The position numbers and the translations under genes are program-made. The notes beneath the pieces were generated by a model. The model did no database searches and was not told the origin of the DNA. It worked only from the letters and a program-made list of their open reading frames with translations. From assembly GCF_032062105.1 (NCBI RefSeq), contig NW_026938938.1, positions 744,001 to 808,000 of the forward strand: a stretch of 64,000 nt of DNA, given 5' to 3'. The stretch comes from Saccostrea cucullata (taxonomy: Eukaryota). Positions within the stretch are counted from its first letter, which is position 1. The number at the start of each line of letters is the position of its first letter. Positions 46,801 through 57,505 of this stretch are shown in pieces.

Positions 46801-49800
46801 TGGTCTGGGTAGGGCTTATAGTTCCTTGGGAATGGACCTGCTCAAAAAACTTAAACCTGGTCACTCATCTGGAAAATCTAGGTCAGATCCAGCATCCGAA
46901 GCAAGTCTGGTAGTGTCCATCCCTAGATGCATTATCCTTGCAAGTTTGGTCCGGGTAAGGCTTATAGTTCCTTTGGAATGGACCTGCTCCAAAAACTTTA
47001 ACCTGGTCACTCATCTGGAAAATGTAGGTCAGATCCAGCATCCGAAGCAAGTCTGGTAGTGTCCATCCCTAGATGCATCATCCATGCAAGTTTAGTTCAG
47101 GTAGGGCTTATAGTTATTTGGGAATGGACTTGCTCCTAAAACTTTAACCTGGGATGCTGACGCCGACGCCAACGCCGGGGGTATAACATAAGCTCATCTC
47201 GACTTCGTCGAGTTGAGCTAAAAATCAGCACTGACTAGAGTGTTTTGAATCTTATAATTTATGCCATAAAACCAACCCTATAAGAAATTTCAAAGCAGTA
47301 TCACCTTGATTAATTGCTTTAGGACAACATGTTCCTTTGTTACAGAATTCTGTCACAGAGCAGGACTCATCTGAAGCACAGCTCTTTATCTCAGCAGGGT
47401 TTCCTCCGGGACATTTGGAATCTAAAATTATTACAAAAGGTACATATAGAAGATAGTGATATTACAAGTAGATTGTTAAGTGTTCTTAACTTGTGTATAC
47501 ATATCAGAAGGTTGTTAAATAAACTTGAAAGACTTGAAAAATTAGAAACAACTACAATTAACTTATTTTTTTTTTATTTTACATATTTATAACATTTAAA
47601 AACAATCTCAAAGAAATATCACCTTGGTTGACTGATTTAGGACAACATGTTCCTTGGTTACAGAATTCTGTCACAGAGCAGAACTCATCTGAAGCACAGC
47701 TCTTTATCTCAACAGGGTTTCCTCCTGGACATTTTGGACCTTAAGTTAAAAGAAAATAATTAGACTTTTAAAAAGAAAATATATAATTGACTTCAATTGT
47801 GAGATATTTCATTGTAAAACAAAGAATGAGTTAAGGTTTGCTTACAAGTAAAAAGAAAAATTGTTGGGAAATGAGGAAGAGAAAATATATTGGTTCATAG
47901 GGTATTGATTTCATGATGGAAAAAGTGATTTATGCAATTTTTCTTTTTGTGGAGGATACGAATTCACATCTCTTTGTCATACAAAAAGAACAGAATTAAG
48001 GTAGGATTCTTCTCATATTTCTAATATTTAAAAATTAATGAAAGTTTCACAGGATCAAGAAGACAATATCAGTAAGTGATAGTATCAGTGAAATTAAATT
48101 TGACCGTTTTATATTAGAGGCAAGGTCAGGTCAAGGTCATTATCTTTTTCCTTGACATTAAGAATAAAAAAATAACTGTTGCCAATCATGTGATACCTAC
48201 TTCTATTTCAAAAGTTTAATGATTGTTCTTTTTGCATAAAAACATATTACTATATAGGATTTTTAAAGTCTATAGTATGATGAATCTACACTATCTGAGA
48301 ATGATTCCACAAATTTGGCCCACATTTTTAAAGATTTTTTCCTATATATTCCTATGTAAAACTTTGGGTCGGCCATTTTGGCCCCACCCTTAGCCCCGGG
48401 GGTCATGATTTGAACAAATTTGAATCTACACAACCTGAGGATGATTTCATATGAATTTTCTCTTGAGAAGAAGATTTTTTTAAAATGTTTTTCTTCATTT
48501 GAACAAATTTTTTAGGATATATAAGTTTATTTTCATATGCTTGAGCTAAAAATAACTGTTGCCAATATGTGATAACTTTTATTTCAAAAGTTTAATGATT
48601 GTTCTTTTTCATAAAAACATATATAATCTAAATGTAACTTAACTATTAGGTTAAAATTTTCTCTGTTTTTCTTAATTTTTTAGGATATATAAGTTATTTT
48701 CATATGCTTCCTATATTTAACTTTTTCTTATTTTCACATATAATAAAGTAGTATTATAAATGTACAAAATGACACAAAAACAAAAAGTTTTGATCGTTTA
48801 CTAAGAGAGAAAAAATACTTTTTATGGATTTTTGGCTCAAATCTGCACTTCGATAGGAAGCGTTTAAAAGCTAATAAAGTTCTTGTTTATTTGAAAAATC
48901 ATATTTATTTGATATATTTTGAAAGTTTAGTCCCTCATTACTAATCTAACTTACATTTGAAAATTTCTCCAAGTCTTCGATTGTGTAAAAATTATAACTT
49001 AAAATTCATTGTTCTATTATAATTTTGAGAGGCAAAAAAGAAGATATTTTCATATGCCACCATTCCGCCAAAAATATAGTCCCTGCTAGTTTTCAAACAC
49101 AGTTTACCATTTCTATTTAAAGTTGTACAATTGTGATGAGGAAAGAAAAATATGGTCTTTTAAATTCCTTACACCTCAATATGTAAGACATATAAGCAAA
49201 TATGCGTTGAATGTTTCATCTTGTCAGAAACCAGAGAAGAATCCTACCTTAAAACAAATGTATGTATAATTTCATAAAACTGAACATTTGGGACCTACAG
49301 ATGTATATATGTGAAACTTTAATGAGAAAAACAATTGTCTAACAAATATCAGCACATATCACTCATTTATGTTTATACAAACTGCATGAATGCTCATATC
49401 TCAATTTCAGACATTAAAAAAATTTGGCCACATTAACATAACACGCATATTATATTTATCAAATACACCTCCTACATTTTAATTATTACTGAACATAAAA
49501 TGCCTCACATTATTTTTATTTCTATTTATTATTTTATTTTTTTTCAGTAGGTACTAACCACTGTTGAAAGCTTTAGGACAGCAGGTTCCTTGATAACATT
49601 GCTCTGACACTGGTGAACAAGCACTGTCTTCTGAACACTTCTTGATGATAAAGGGGTCTCCATTGGGACACAGACTGTTGCCTGAAATAAAATACATGTA
49701 AATATTGAATAAGGTAAGTCAATTAAAAAAAAAAAACCCAAACTATTATAAATTACATGTACCATATTGAAGTGATTTTGAACAGAGGTTTTAAAAATAT

Positions 49801-52800
49801 CTGCCCTTCTCTCATGTAATAGAAAATTGATTTTCAATTGATATCTTCTGTACTATATTATTACTTACAGTACCTAAAAGGTGTATAGGATTTTCTATCC
49901 TCAACCTAGCATACATAATTTATGTGGGCTTAGAAATACCTTAGTCATTATATCATGTAATGATCATGAAGATGATGGTAATATGTGAACTTGCCTAAAT
50001 AACCTCAAAAACTATCAAGTTTCCCCTCTAACCATTGTATGTTTATCTCATGAATATGATATCTATAGATTAAAACAAAGTACTTTTAAATTTATTGGGT
50101 CACATTAAAATGTTTTCGGACACATTTATGATAGAACACCAGTATCGTGATGTTTAGCCCTACTTAGTCTAATTATAACAAAATTAATATTTGCAAAGGT
50201 GAGACTTAGCTTCAATGGCAAAAAACACTAATGATTTTTTAACATGCGCCATCTACAATGGCAGGAACTGTACAGTTTGATAAAGTTTTGGTAAATATTT
50301 TCATAAAATTTATATCCACCCATTTTGAAAAATAGCGGTTTTATCTTATCATCAAAACAAATAGAGTGACAGACCGACAAATACTGAAATAGGCAGACAG
50401 AAAAAAGACAAATAGACTAAGAAACAGGTAGACATAAGGATAGACTGACATAGGAAAGGCTTGACAGAAAGACAGACAGACAACAAAACAGGCAGGAAGA
50501 CAGAGGTACTGATAAACAATCTCTGATAGACAAATAAGCAGGCAGACAAAAAGAAGGCAGGCATAGAAACAGCTAGACAGGACGATAGACAGACAAAGGT
50601 ATGGCTAGACATAAGGATAAACAAACAATGGTCAGACAAAAAGATAGAAAGACAAAGAAATGGCTAGACAGAAAAACTGTCAAGGAAATGGCCAGACAGA
50701 CAGACAAAGAAACAGCTAGACAGAATGATAGACATGTAGACAAAGGAATGGCTAGACAGAAGGACTGGCAGACAAAGAAACAGACAGAAAGACAGAGGGA
50801 CTGACAGACAAATAAGCAGGAAAACATAAAGACACAGAAAGAGCTAGACTGAAGGATAGACACAATATGAAGCTGACAGACAGAGAGACAGCAAGGCAGA
50901 CAAAGAAACATTCAGACAGATTGGCAGACAAAGAGCCAGATCCACAGTATGCAATTTCTGACAAGAAATGACATCATTTACTTAATGAAATACAGACCTG
51001 TATAATTTAAATGTAAAATCAAAAATATTAAAATTTACATAAAAAAGAATATAGAATATTGGCTATAAAAATTATATGTGTAAGTAAAAGTACAGTGTAT
51101 AAGGCAATAGAGACAGCAGCCATTTGGGAGTTCCTCTAGGGTAGGAAATTAATGTAGTTCATATCAATTGTTATCTGAATTTAACCACAGCGTTTTATGA
51201 CATTACCTGCCTATAGGCAAGGTTTAACCTTACATTTTTCATCAAAATCACAAAGTTATGATCAAATAAGTCCTACTGTCTGATAATTTTTAATATTCCA
51301 TACTACAATGTATTATCAATTTTTTACATGAGTTTGCTTACCAGCTTTGGTCCACATTTTAACGGTGACATATTGAATTTCAGAGAAAAAAAACATAGGT
51401 AATCAAAGATTACAAAGCTCACCTCAACGAATGTTATAAGTTTAAGTAATGCAAATCTCACATCATATTTTCTTAAAAGTTAGTATTTACTCTGACAACA
51501 ATATTCAAGCAAGTTCTGTTTAAATAGGTCTTAAAGTTCATTGGGATTGATCTGTTACAAAAATTTTAACCTGGTTATTCGTTTGGAATATATAAGTCAG
51601 ATCCAGCATCTGAAGCAAGTTTCAATTGTTCATCCTTAGATGCATCATCCATGCTCCATGCAAGTTTGGCCCCGGTAGGATTTACATCTACGAATAACCT
51701 TGTCACTAATCTGGAAAATGTAGGTCAGATCCAGCATCCGAAGCAAGTCTGGTAGTGTCCATCCCTAGATGCATCATCCATGCAAGTTTGGTCCAGATAG
51801 GTCTTATAGTTACTTGAGAATGGACCTGCTCCAAAAACTTTTAACCTGGTCACTCATCTGGAAAATGTAGGTCAGATCTAGCATCTGAAGCAAGTCTGGT
51901 GGTGTGCATCCCTAGATGCATCATCCATGCAAGTTTGGTCTAAGTAGGGCTTATAGTTACTTGGGAATGGACCTGCTCCTAAAACTTTAACCGGGATGCC
52001 AATGCTAACGCTGACACCGATGATATAGCATAAGCTAATCTCGACTTCGTTGAGGTGAGCTAAAAATTAATGTGTTATGCCTTAATTTTAACTGTAATGT
52101 ATTAAATTTTACACAAAAAAATATATGCATTATTCTAAGAAATTATAAAATTAATTTATTTTAATAGTTGTTTTTATCTTTTTACCGTATTAAACTAGAA
52201 CTGTCCAAACGGGACAAAATACCCCACGCTGGGTTTTTTCAGAAGTAAGTTTTTCCATAATAAAGATATGCATCACACATGAATTATGAAATTTTTCTTC
52301 CAGTGACCTTGAAATTCCCCAAATGACCTTGGGTCAAGGTCATGACATACCCTTGGGTCATGGGCAATCTTTGTGTGAAATGAGAACCTACCAAGTTTAT
52401 CAATAAGAAAGATATGAACCGGACATGAATTATGAACTTTTTCTTCCAGTGACCTTGAACTTCCCTAAATGACCTTGACCAACCCTTGGGTCATGGGAAA
52501 TCCTTGTGCAGAATGAGAACCTACCAAGTGTATCCATAAAAGAGATGTAGACCGGACACGAATTATGAACTTTTTCTTCCAGTGACCTTGAACTTCCCCA
52601 AATGAACTTGGGTCAAGGTCTTGACACACCCTTGGGTCAAGGTCAATCTTTGTGTGAATTGAGAACCTACCAAATTTATCTATAAGAAAGATATGGACTG
52701 GATACAAATTATGAAATTTTTCTTCCAGTGACCTTGAACTTCCCCAAATGACCTTGGGTCATGGTCAGGACACACCCTTAGGTCATGGACAATCTTTGCG

Positions 52801-55800
52801 TGAAATGAGAACCTACCAAGTTTATCCATAAGAAAGATATGGACCGGACACGAATTATGAACTTTTTCTTCCAGTGACCTTGAACTTTCCCAAATGACCT
52901 TGGGTCAAGGTCATGACACACCCTTAGGTCATGGGCAATCTTTGTGTGGAGTAGTAGATTCTAATGTTCCTCCGTAAGAAAGATATGGACCGGACACGTT
53001 TGCACAGACAGACGGACAGACAGACAGACGGACAAGGTGATTTCTATATACCCCCCCCAAACTTCGTTTGCGGGGGTTATAAAAAGCTCATAATAAAACT
53101 AGATTCATGTCCATATGACATGAATGCCCCGCCAAGGATATATTAGTAAATAGGGATGTGCGATTTTATCGGTATACCAGTATATCGCGATTTTTTGTTG
53201 CGTGATACGTACCGTGATACGGAGACCTAAATACCGGTCTTTAGGTAAATATTATAAACTTTAAGTCCAGAAATTATACATTTATTTGTTCAATCTTTCA
53301 AATTACAATTACAGAAAGTATAAATAATGTTGTAAAAAGTGAAAAGAATGGCATCTTACCGTCCAAACATAATTGATTTTATATACATAAAAATTTCAAG
53401 AAAGTAAAATCTTGTTTTTCTAGCATATTTTTAAGAAAAATAATGACTTTTCATATAAAATCATTGTAAAAACTGCTTTTAAAAATATCATGATATTATT
53501 GTGATATTGTGGGGAAAAAATCATGATATATCGCGATACGAAATTTTTGGCGATACCCATCCCTATTAGTAAAGCAACATGAAAATTTGTATGTGTATAA
53601 AATTTGATCAGTTTGGTTCAGGTAGGGCTAATAGTTTATACTAGGGAATAAAAATATAGGTCAGATCCAGCATCCGAAGCAAGTCTGGTAGTGTCCATTC
53701 CTAGATGCATCATCCATGCAAGTTTGGTTCAGGTAGGGCTTATAGTTACTTGGGAATGAAAATATAGGTCAGATCCAGCATCCAAAGAAAGTCTGGTAGT
53801 GTCCATCCCTAGATGCATCATCCATGCAAGTTTGGTTCAGGTAGGGCTTATAGTTACTTGGGAATGAAAATGTAGGTCAGATCCAGCATCCGAAGCAAGT
53901 CTGGTAGTGTCCATCCTTAGATGCATCATCCATGCAAGTTTGGTCCAAGTTGGGCTTACAGTTCCTTAGGAATGGACCTGCTCCAAAAACTTTAATCTGG
54001 TCACTCATCTGGAAAATGTAGGTCAGATCCAGCATCCTCAGCAAGTCTGGTAGTGTTCATCCCTAGATGCATCATCCATGCAAGTTTGTATCCACATGTG
54101 AAGTTTGATAACACCATCTTGAATGGTATGTTTAAAACTGAGCTAAACACTAATTTAAGAAAAGTGAGGTCAAGGTCAAAGGAAAGGTCAAGGTCAAAAA
54201 ATGTTGATGCAGTTGCATAGCTCTCATCAATATCTATCACCATATGAAGTTTGATGAAAATATCTTGGATAGTTTCTTTGAAAATTAGCTTTGAAGAGAG
54301 CTAAACTCAAAGTGTGACGGAAGGACGAAAGACGGACATGACAAACACTATATGCCCCGGCCATATTCATGGCGGGGCATAAAAAGAAAAACGAAACTTG
54401 TCCAGAAGACCTTAGATCAGGGTCAGGACACACCCACAGATCATAAACAATCTTTGTGTCAAGCCTGACCTTCCCATGCTGAGTTCAGCTGATTACTGTC
54501 ACAGCTATGCAGGTGAGAAGCACATAGTGTGCAAAATTTTGTTCAACAGGTTACTCTTAGACTATGTGAACATGAATCCCAACACATTTGAAATCAGGGT
54601 CTTAATCATGCACTTATCTCAATAAATCCTTTGAAATCTCATCAAATCTGTAGGCCAGTAATGGCATCTTGTTGATCTTGAAGAAGTTTTTGACGCATTA
54701 AAATTGTTCTTTGCATGGTTAACACATTAATATTTAATCAAAGCCTCTTAAAAGACTGCATTGCATTGTAAAAAGTGCAACATAATGCATCTCATTGTAT
54801 TAACACAGTGTGATGAATGAAATATATCTTGGACATATTCTTTCAAAATTTTCCATTTTTTAACCAATTACCCCCAAGTTTTCTCAATTAAATACATGTA
54901 CAATATGTACTACAGAACGGCTTCATTTACTATATTTTCCCGACTATTTACAGCATTCATGTGTCTCTATTGGTGTTTTCCGATGTTTTGTGCAGAATTT
55001 TATCGCTGCTCTCTGCTCCACCTTTTCCGAAAATGTCCCTTTTTCGAAAAATGCAGATCCCCTCTCAATAGACTCTAACCTCGATTTCTCAGCCATTTCT
55101 AAACTCTGAACGTTCAAATTTTGCAGATTTGATGTTTTAACTTTTGTCAACCTCATTATGTAAAAGCAATCTGAGTTTCCACTGAATTTTACAAAATACA
55201 AATGAAATTTATAACGTGATAAATAACTTTTAAATAAAAATTTTGCGGTGCTCCAGGTCACCATCCCAAGTGTCATAATTAAGCCATAATTGTAAATATA
55301 CATTTAAAATTGAATATTTTTTTATTCACATTAAGTAAATGATTATAAATATGCTAATAATAAATATCAATGACACCATTTTTGTTTTTAGCTTGTCCAC
55401 GAACTTTACAGACAACCCTTGTATAGATGCACCTCACCATTCCAAATTAGGTACCGGGTAACCAGTTTGTGATGACAAATTCAAATCAAGATCCAACCTT
55501 TTGGATCAATATGTGATAGTATCTGAATGGTAAAATGATTCTCACAGATTGTGCCACCCGAGATTGAACACTTGTGACTGCATGAAAGCACACCAAATCT
55601 TTGAAGAATGTATCACTTGCATCACTTCAAATCCAAACATGATATTCAAGAGGTTCATGCTCAGCTATGAGTTTAGAGTTTGAAATGGACCAAAAGCCCG
55701 AAAGGGAAAATGGTACATTGTATTAGTAATGTTTAGGGGAGCAGAATTGTCCAAAGAACGGTCTGTATATTCTTTCACAGTGCATTTTATTTGTAATTGT

Positions 55801-57076
55801 AACAGATTTTTTTTTGGTCCTTAAGTGATATTGGACTCCACTTGAAATCAGCTACACATATAATTATAATAGCTGTCAAGGGTTAATCTCTTGTAAATAG
55901 CTTTTCACTGTGCTTGTGTCCATCTAATGGAATTGTAATTTTTCTCATTTTTTAAAAAAATAATTTAATGATATTGTTTTAAAAATACATGATAATTTAA
56001 ATGATGTATACTAGTATCATGATATAATATGCTTATTTTTACTTGATAATGAGGTGCATTGAGGTTTGACTACTGTAATATATTTTTAACTCAAGAGGTT
56101 TCACAACAAACTCTGAAATTTCTTAAATATCCTTGCATGAATTTGGCTCCTACACCAAATTATAAATATCCCTCACATCATATGTAATTAATATGACCCC
56201 CTTTTTCTTAATTGCATAACCTCTTTTTTTTTTTTAAAATGTGATATTTACCTAAATTTCTGACACATAATATATCCATATGTAGGTGTTTCTCTGGATT
56301 CTACCTAAATGTATAAATTAAGGTGACTTCTGCTTTGATCAAGAGGTGTTTTTTTGTGCGAGTTACATTTCCAATGTGTCATGATTGATGAAGATGGAGG
56401 ATTTCTATGCTTGTCAGCGCAAGAAACACTCTTATATTAAAAATAAAAAAATTCACTCATCCTTTCACTTAATTGTCATGTGTATCTATTACGCCTGCAC
56501 GAAAACCATTGAAAGCTACCAAAGGTATCAAGGGAAAAAATAAAATTAAAAAAACTATACATTTATGGATCACACGGCTAATTCAGTCTCCTGCCTCTTT
56601 CTGATATATTCAAATTAATTTTGAATCCCTGAAATCCCCAAGCTTATGCAAAACAGGGTCCAAGTTGCTTGAAAATAAAGCTCTGATTCTGAGACAGGGG
56701 AGAATTGTAAGATTGAATTTTAATGTAACTTTAATGTAACTTATCTGATCATTGAAATAGTTTTATATCAAACACCATATACAAATATGCAATCCTTTAC
56801 AAAATGGTGGGCTTTTTCAAAAGAAGCAAGGAAACTGCAGTTCTCTGAAAACGTTATATCATGCAGATATCATATATAGTACCGGTATATAGTCTTGGGG
56901 ACTGTTCCATTTTCCCTGAGTTGAGCAGTCCTTATATGTTAATTTGCCTTAACAATGCTGCACTTGTTCAATTTCATTTTAATTAAATATATTAATATTT
57001 TGCCATATAACTTACCATAAACAACAGAAATGAGGCCGATGAAAAAACATCTCCACACCGTTCCTCCCCACATCAT
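22846..57076 (-). CDS. Large mosaic type-I membrane protein: lustrin/WR1-like Cys repeats, WAP, thyroglobulin-1, PAN, Kunitz, SEA, TM (~41 exons, ~1790 aa)
   Basis: Signal exon 57076-57016 (MMWGGTVWRCFFIGLISVVY). Six-Cys repeat exons starting at 49681, 47739, 47421, 44567, 44268. WAP 41691-41566 and 41299-41144. TY 40999-40909 + 40459-40332. WAP 40133-39978. Cys repeats ~39383, 38952, 38181, 37172. PAN 36734-36486. Seven Cys repeats between 35895 and 32496. Unnamed Cys domain ~32127-31968. WAP-like 29611-29468. Kunitz ~29299-29108 and ~28682-28512. FOLN-like ~28283-28252 + 27887-27824. TY 26561-26394. Linker 25749-25708. Cys domain 25574-25419. Divergent Kunitz 25255-25073. Cys domain 24916-24758. 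TY ~24552-24316. SEA ~24225-23628 (3 exons). TM exon 23425-23219. Tail 23098-23045 and 22914-22846 (stop TGA). Phases are compatible except for exon 37172-37039. Confidence 0.85.
25838..26427. repeat. 37-bp minisatellite made of an exon 3' end plus its 5' splice site
   Basis: Unit ATTACCTGATTTATAACAGGGCAGTTTGCCCACTCTC, ~15 copies; the last copy is the real end of exon 26561-26394. Confidence 0.92.
29566..31555. repeat. 77-bp minisatellite made of a 3' splice site plus an exon 5' end, split by a transposon
   Basis: Unit TAGGATGTAATCCTAGACACTCCCCGGCCTTACCAGAGGATATCACTCCTACAAACAATCAAATCAAACAAAATCTG; four copies at 29566-29875 and five at 31191-31555. Confidence 0.92.
29876..31190. mobile_element. 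Non-autonomous TIR transposon with 7-bp TSD (P-element-like)
   Basis: TIRs CAGACCTGCCAA and TTGGCAGGTCTG; TSD CTGTAGG at 29869-29875 and 31191-31197. Confidence 0.85.
33216..33423. mobile_element. TA-flanked MITE (CTGTAGA family), copy 1
   Basis: TA|CTGTAGAAGTACTTTTTT...AAAAAAGTACGTCTACAG|TA; homologous to 40591-40798. Confidence 0.8.
33695..34582. mobile_element. Tc1/mariner (pogo-like) non-autonomous element
   Basis: TA|CAGTCAATTCTCGAATTATCGCC ... GGCGGTTTATCGAGAATTAACTG|TA; subterminal (T/A)CGCCA repeats. Confidence 0.8.
38628..38809. mobile_element. TA-flanked MITE (CTGTATACAGGG family)
   Basis: TA|CTGTATACAGGG ... CCCTGTATACAG|TA. Confidence 0.75.
40591..40798. mobile_element. TA-flanked MITE (CTGTAGA family), copy 2
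   Basis: Collinear with 33216-33423 and has the same TIRs. Confidence 0.8.
41691..43690. repeat. ~36-bp minisatellite made of a 3' splice site
   Basis: Unit CCTGTAAAAGTGTACAAGATATTCTATCTATAGTGT, ~50 copies over 2 kb. The first copy is the real acceptor of WAP exon 41691-41566. A truncated MITE interrupts the array at ~42961-43125. Confidence 0.95.
44636..44981. mobile_element. MITE with ~55-bp TIRs
   Basis: ATAGAGAGTTTTCAGTAGACCCAAATTAACAAGAGTTATTTCCCGTTGGC and its reverse complement GCCAACGGGAAATAACTCTTGTTAATTTGGGTCTACTGAAAACTATCTAT. Confidence 0.85.
45054..47224 (+). mobile_element. HINE-like element with 108/146-bp satellite array, copy 1
   Basis: 5' AACATAGGTAATCAAAGATTACGAAGCTCACC; tandem GGTCAGATCCAGCATCCGAAGCAAGTCTGG units; (GACGCC)n; 3' hairpin CTCGACTTCGTCGAG followed by TTGAGCTAAAAA. 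Confidence 0.85.
45723..46208. mobile_element. Tc1/mariner-type MITE nested in the satellite
   Basis: TA|CAGTAAAACACG ... CGTGTTTTACTG|TA inserted in the monomer site ATAGT(TA)CTTGGG; relatives at 6531 and ~59183-59350. Confidence 0.85.
48280..48550 (+). repeat. Cg170-like oyster satellite/HINE fragment
   Basis: GAATCTACACTATCTGAG...ATATTCCTATGTAAA...GGCCCCACCCT...CCCCGGGGGTCATGATTTGAACAAATTTGAATCTACAC; resemblance recalled from memory. Confidence 0.55.
50365..50940. repeat. Degenerate (AGAC)n-rich simple repeat
   Basis: Purine-rich AGAC/AGAT/AGAA runs that give rise to the spurious C/L/S-rich and R/Q/D-rich ORFs. Confidence 0.8.
51391..52066 (+). mobile_element. HINE-like element, same family as 45054-47224, copy 2
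   Basis: Same 5' end and 3' hairpin (CTCGACTTCGTTGAGGTGAGCTAAAAA); fewer units, with 147-bp spacing. Confidence 0.85.
52192..53085 (+). mobile_element. HINE-like element with 146-bp satellite array
   Basis: 5' AAACTAGAACTGTCC; AATTATGAA recurs at 52282, 52428, 52561, 52707 and 52853; (GACA/GACG)n microsatellite; 3' hairpin CCCCCCAAACTTCGTTTGCGGGGG. Confidence 0.85.
53097..54385 (+). mobile_element. HINE-like element with the 108/146-bp satellite but different termini
   Basis: 5' AACTAGATTCATGTCC...ATGCCCC; units at 53660, 53768, 53876, 54022; (GACG)n; 3' ATGCCCCGGCCATATTCATGGCGGGGCAT followed by AAAAA. Confidence 0.7.
53151..53565. mobile_element. hAT-type MITE with 8-bp TSD
   Basis: TAGGGATG...CATCCCTA flanked by TTAGTAAA at 53143-53150 and 53566-53573. 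Confidence 0.85.
54944..55423 (-). mobile_element. Degenerate mariner transposon 5' end with truncated transposase N-terminus
   Basis: Minus-strand terminus TACAAGGGTTGTCTGTAAAGTTCGTGGAC (mariner TACGAGGG-like); the peptide EQRAAIKFC...KTPIET resembles the mariner N-terminal HTH and is followed by a stop. Confidence 0.65.
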
Positions 57077-57257
57077 GATCTGAGAAGATCACTTGATCTT
57101 TTCTTTTTACCTGTCAATAAAAGAAGATTATCTCAAGTTACCAATAATCTCACAAGCAAAGTCAACCACATATTACACAATTAATCTCTGGTTATTACGA
57201 GATCCAGTCTGACCTATAGTTCATGACTTTACAATTCTTTGTTACTAGAACATTAGT

Positions 57258-57505
57258 AGTGGTGGATCCAGGATTTCTTAAAAGGGGGACAAACAGCCCC
57301 TAGAGGAATGGGAGTTTTCAAAGGTCAAGGTCATTAAGAACTCCCAGGTTATAGGCTTTTTTTTTAAAGATCACTGTCTTTTGCAAGTTACGCATAATTA
57401 AAGCAATATCTAAAAAAAAAAAATAAGTTGTTTAAGTTTTTGTCTCAAATGGGGGGGAGGGGACTGCATGGAGTCCAACATGGTTCCCTTCTAAATCCAC
57501 CACCA
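57258..57505. mobile_element. Degenerate MITE of the GGCGGATCCAGG family
   Basis: AGTGGTGGATCCAGGATTTC ... CTAAATCCACCACCA. Confidence 0.5.

Noticed and set aside
50352-50964. Hydrophobic C/L/S-rich and R/Q/D-rich ORFs
   Set aside because: By-products of the degenerate AGAC repeat.
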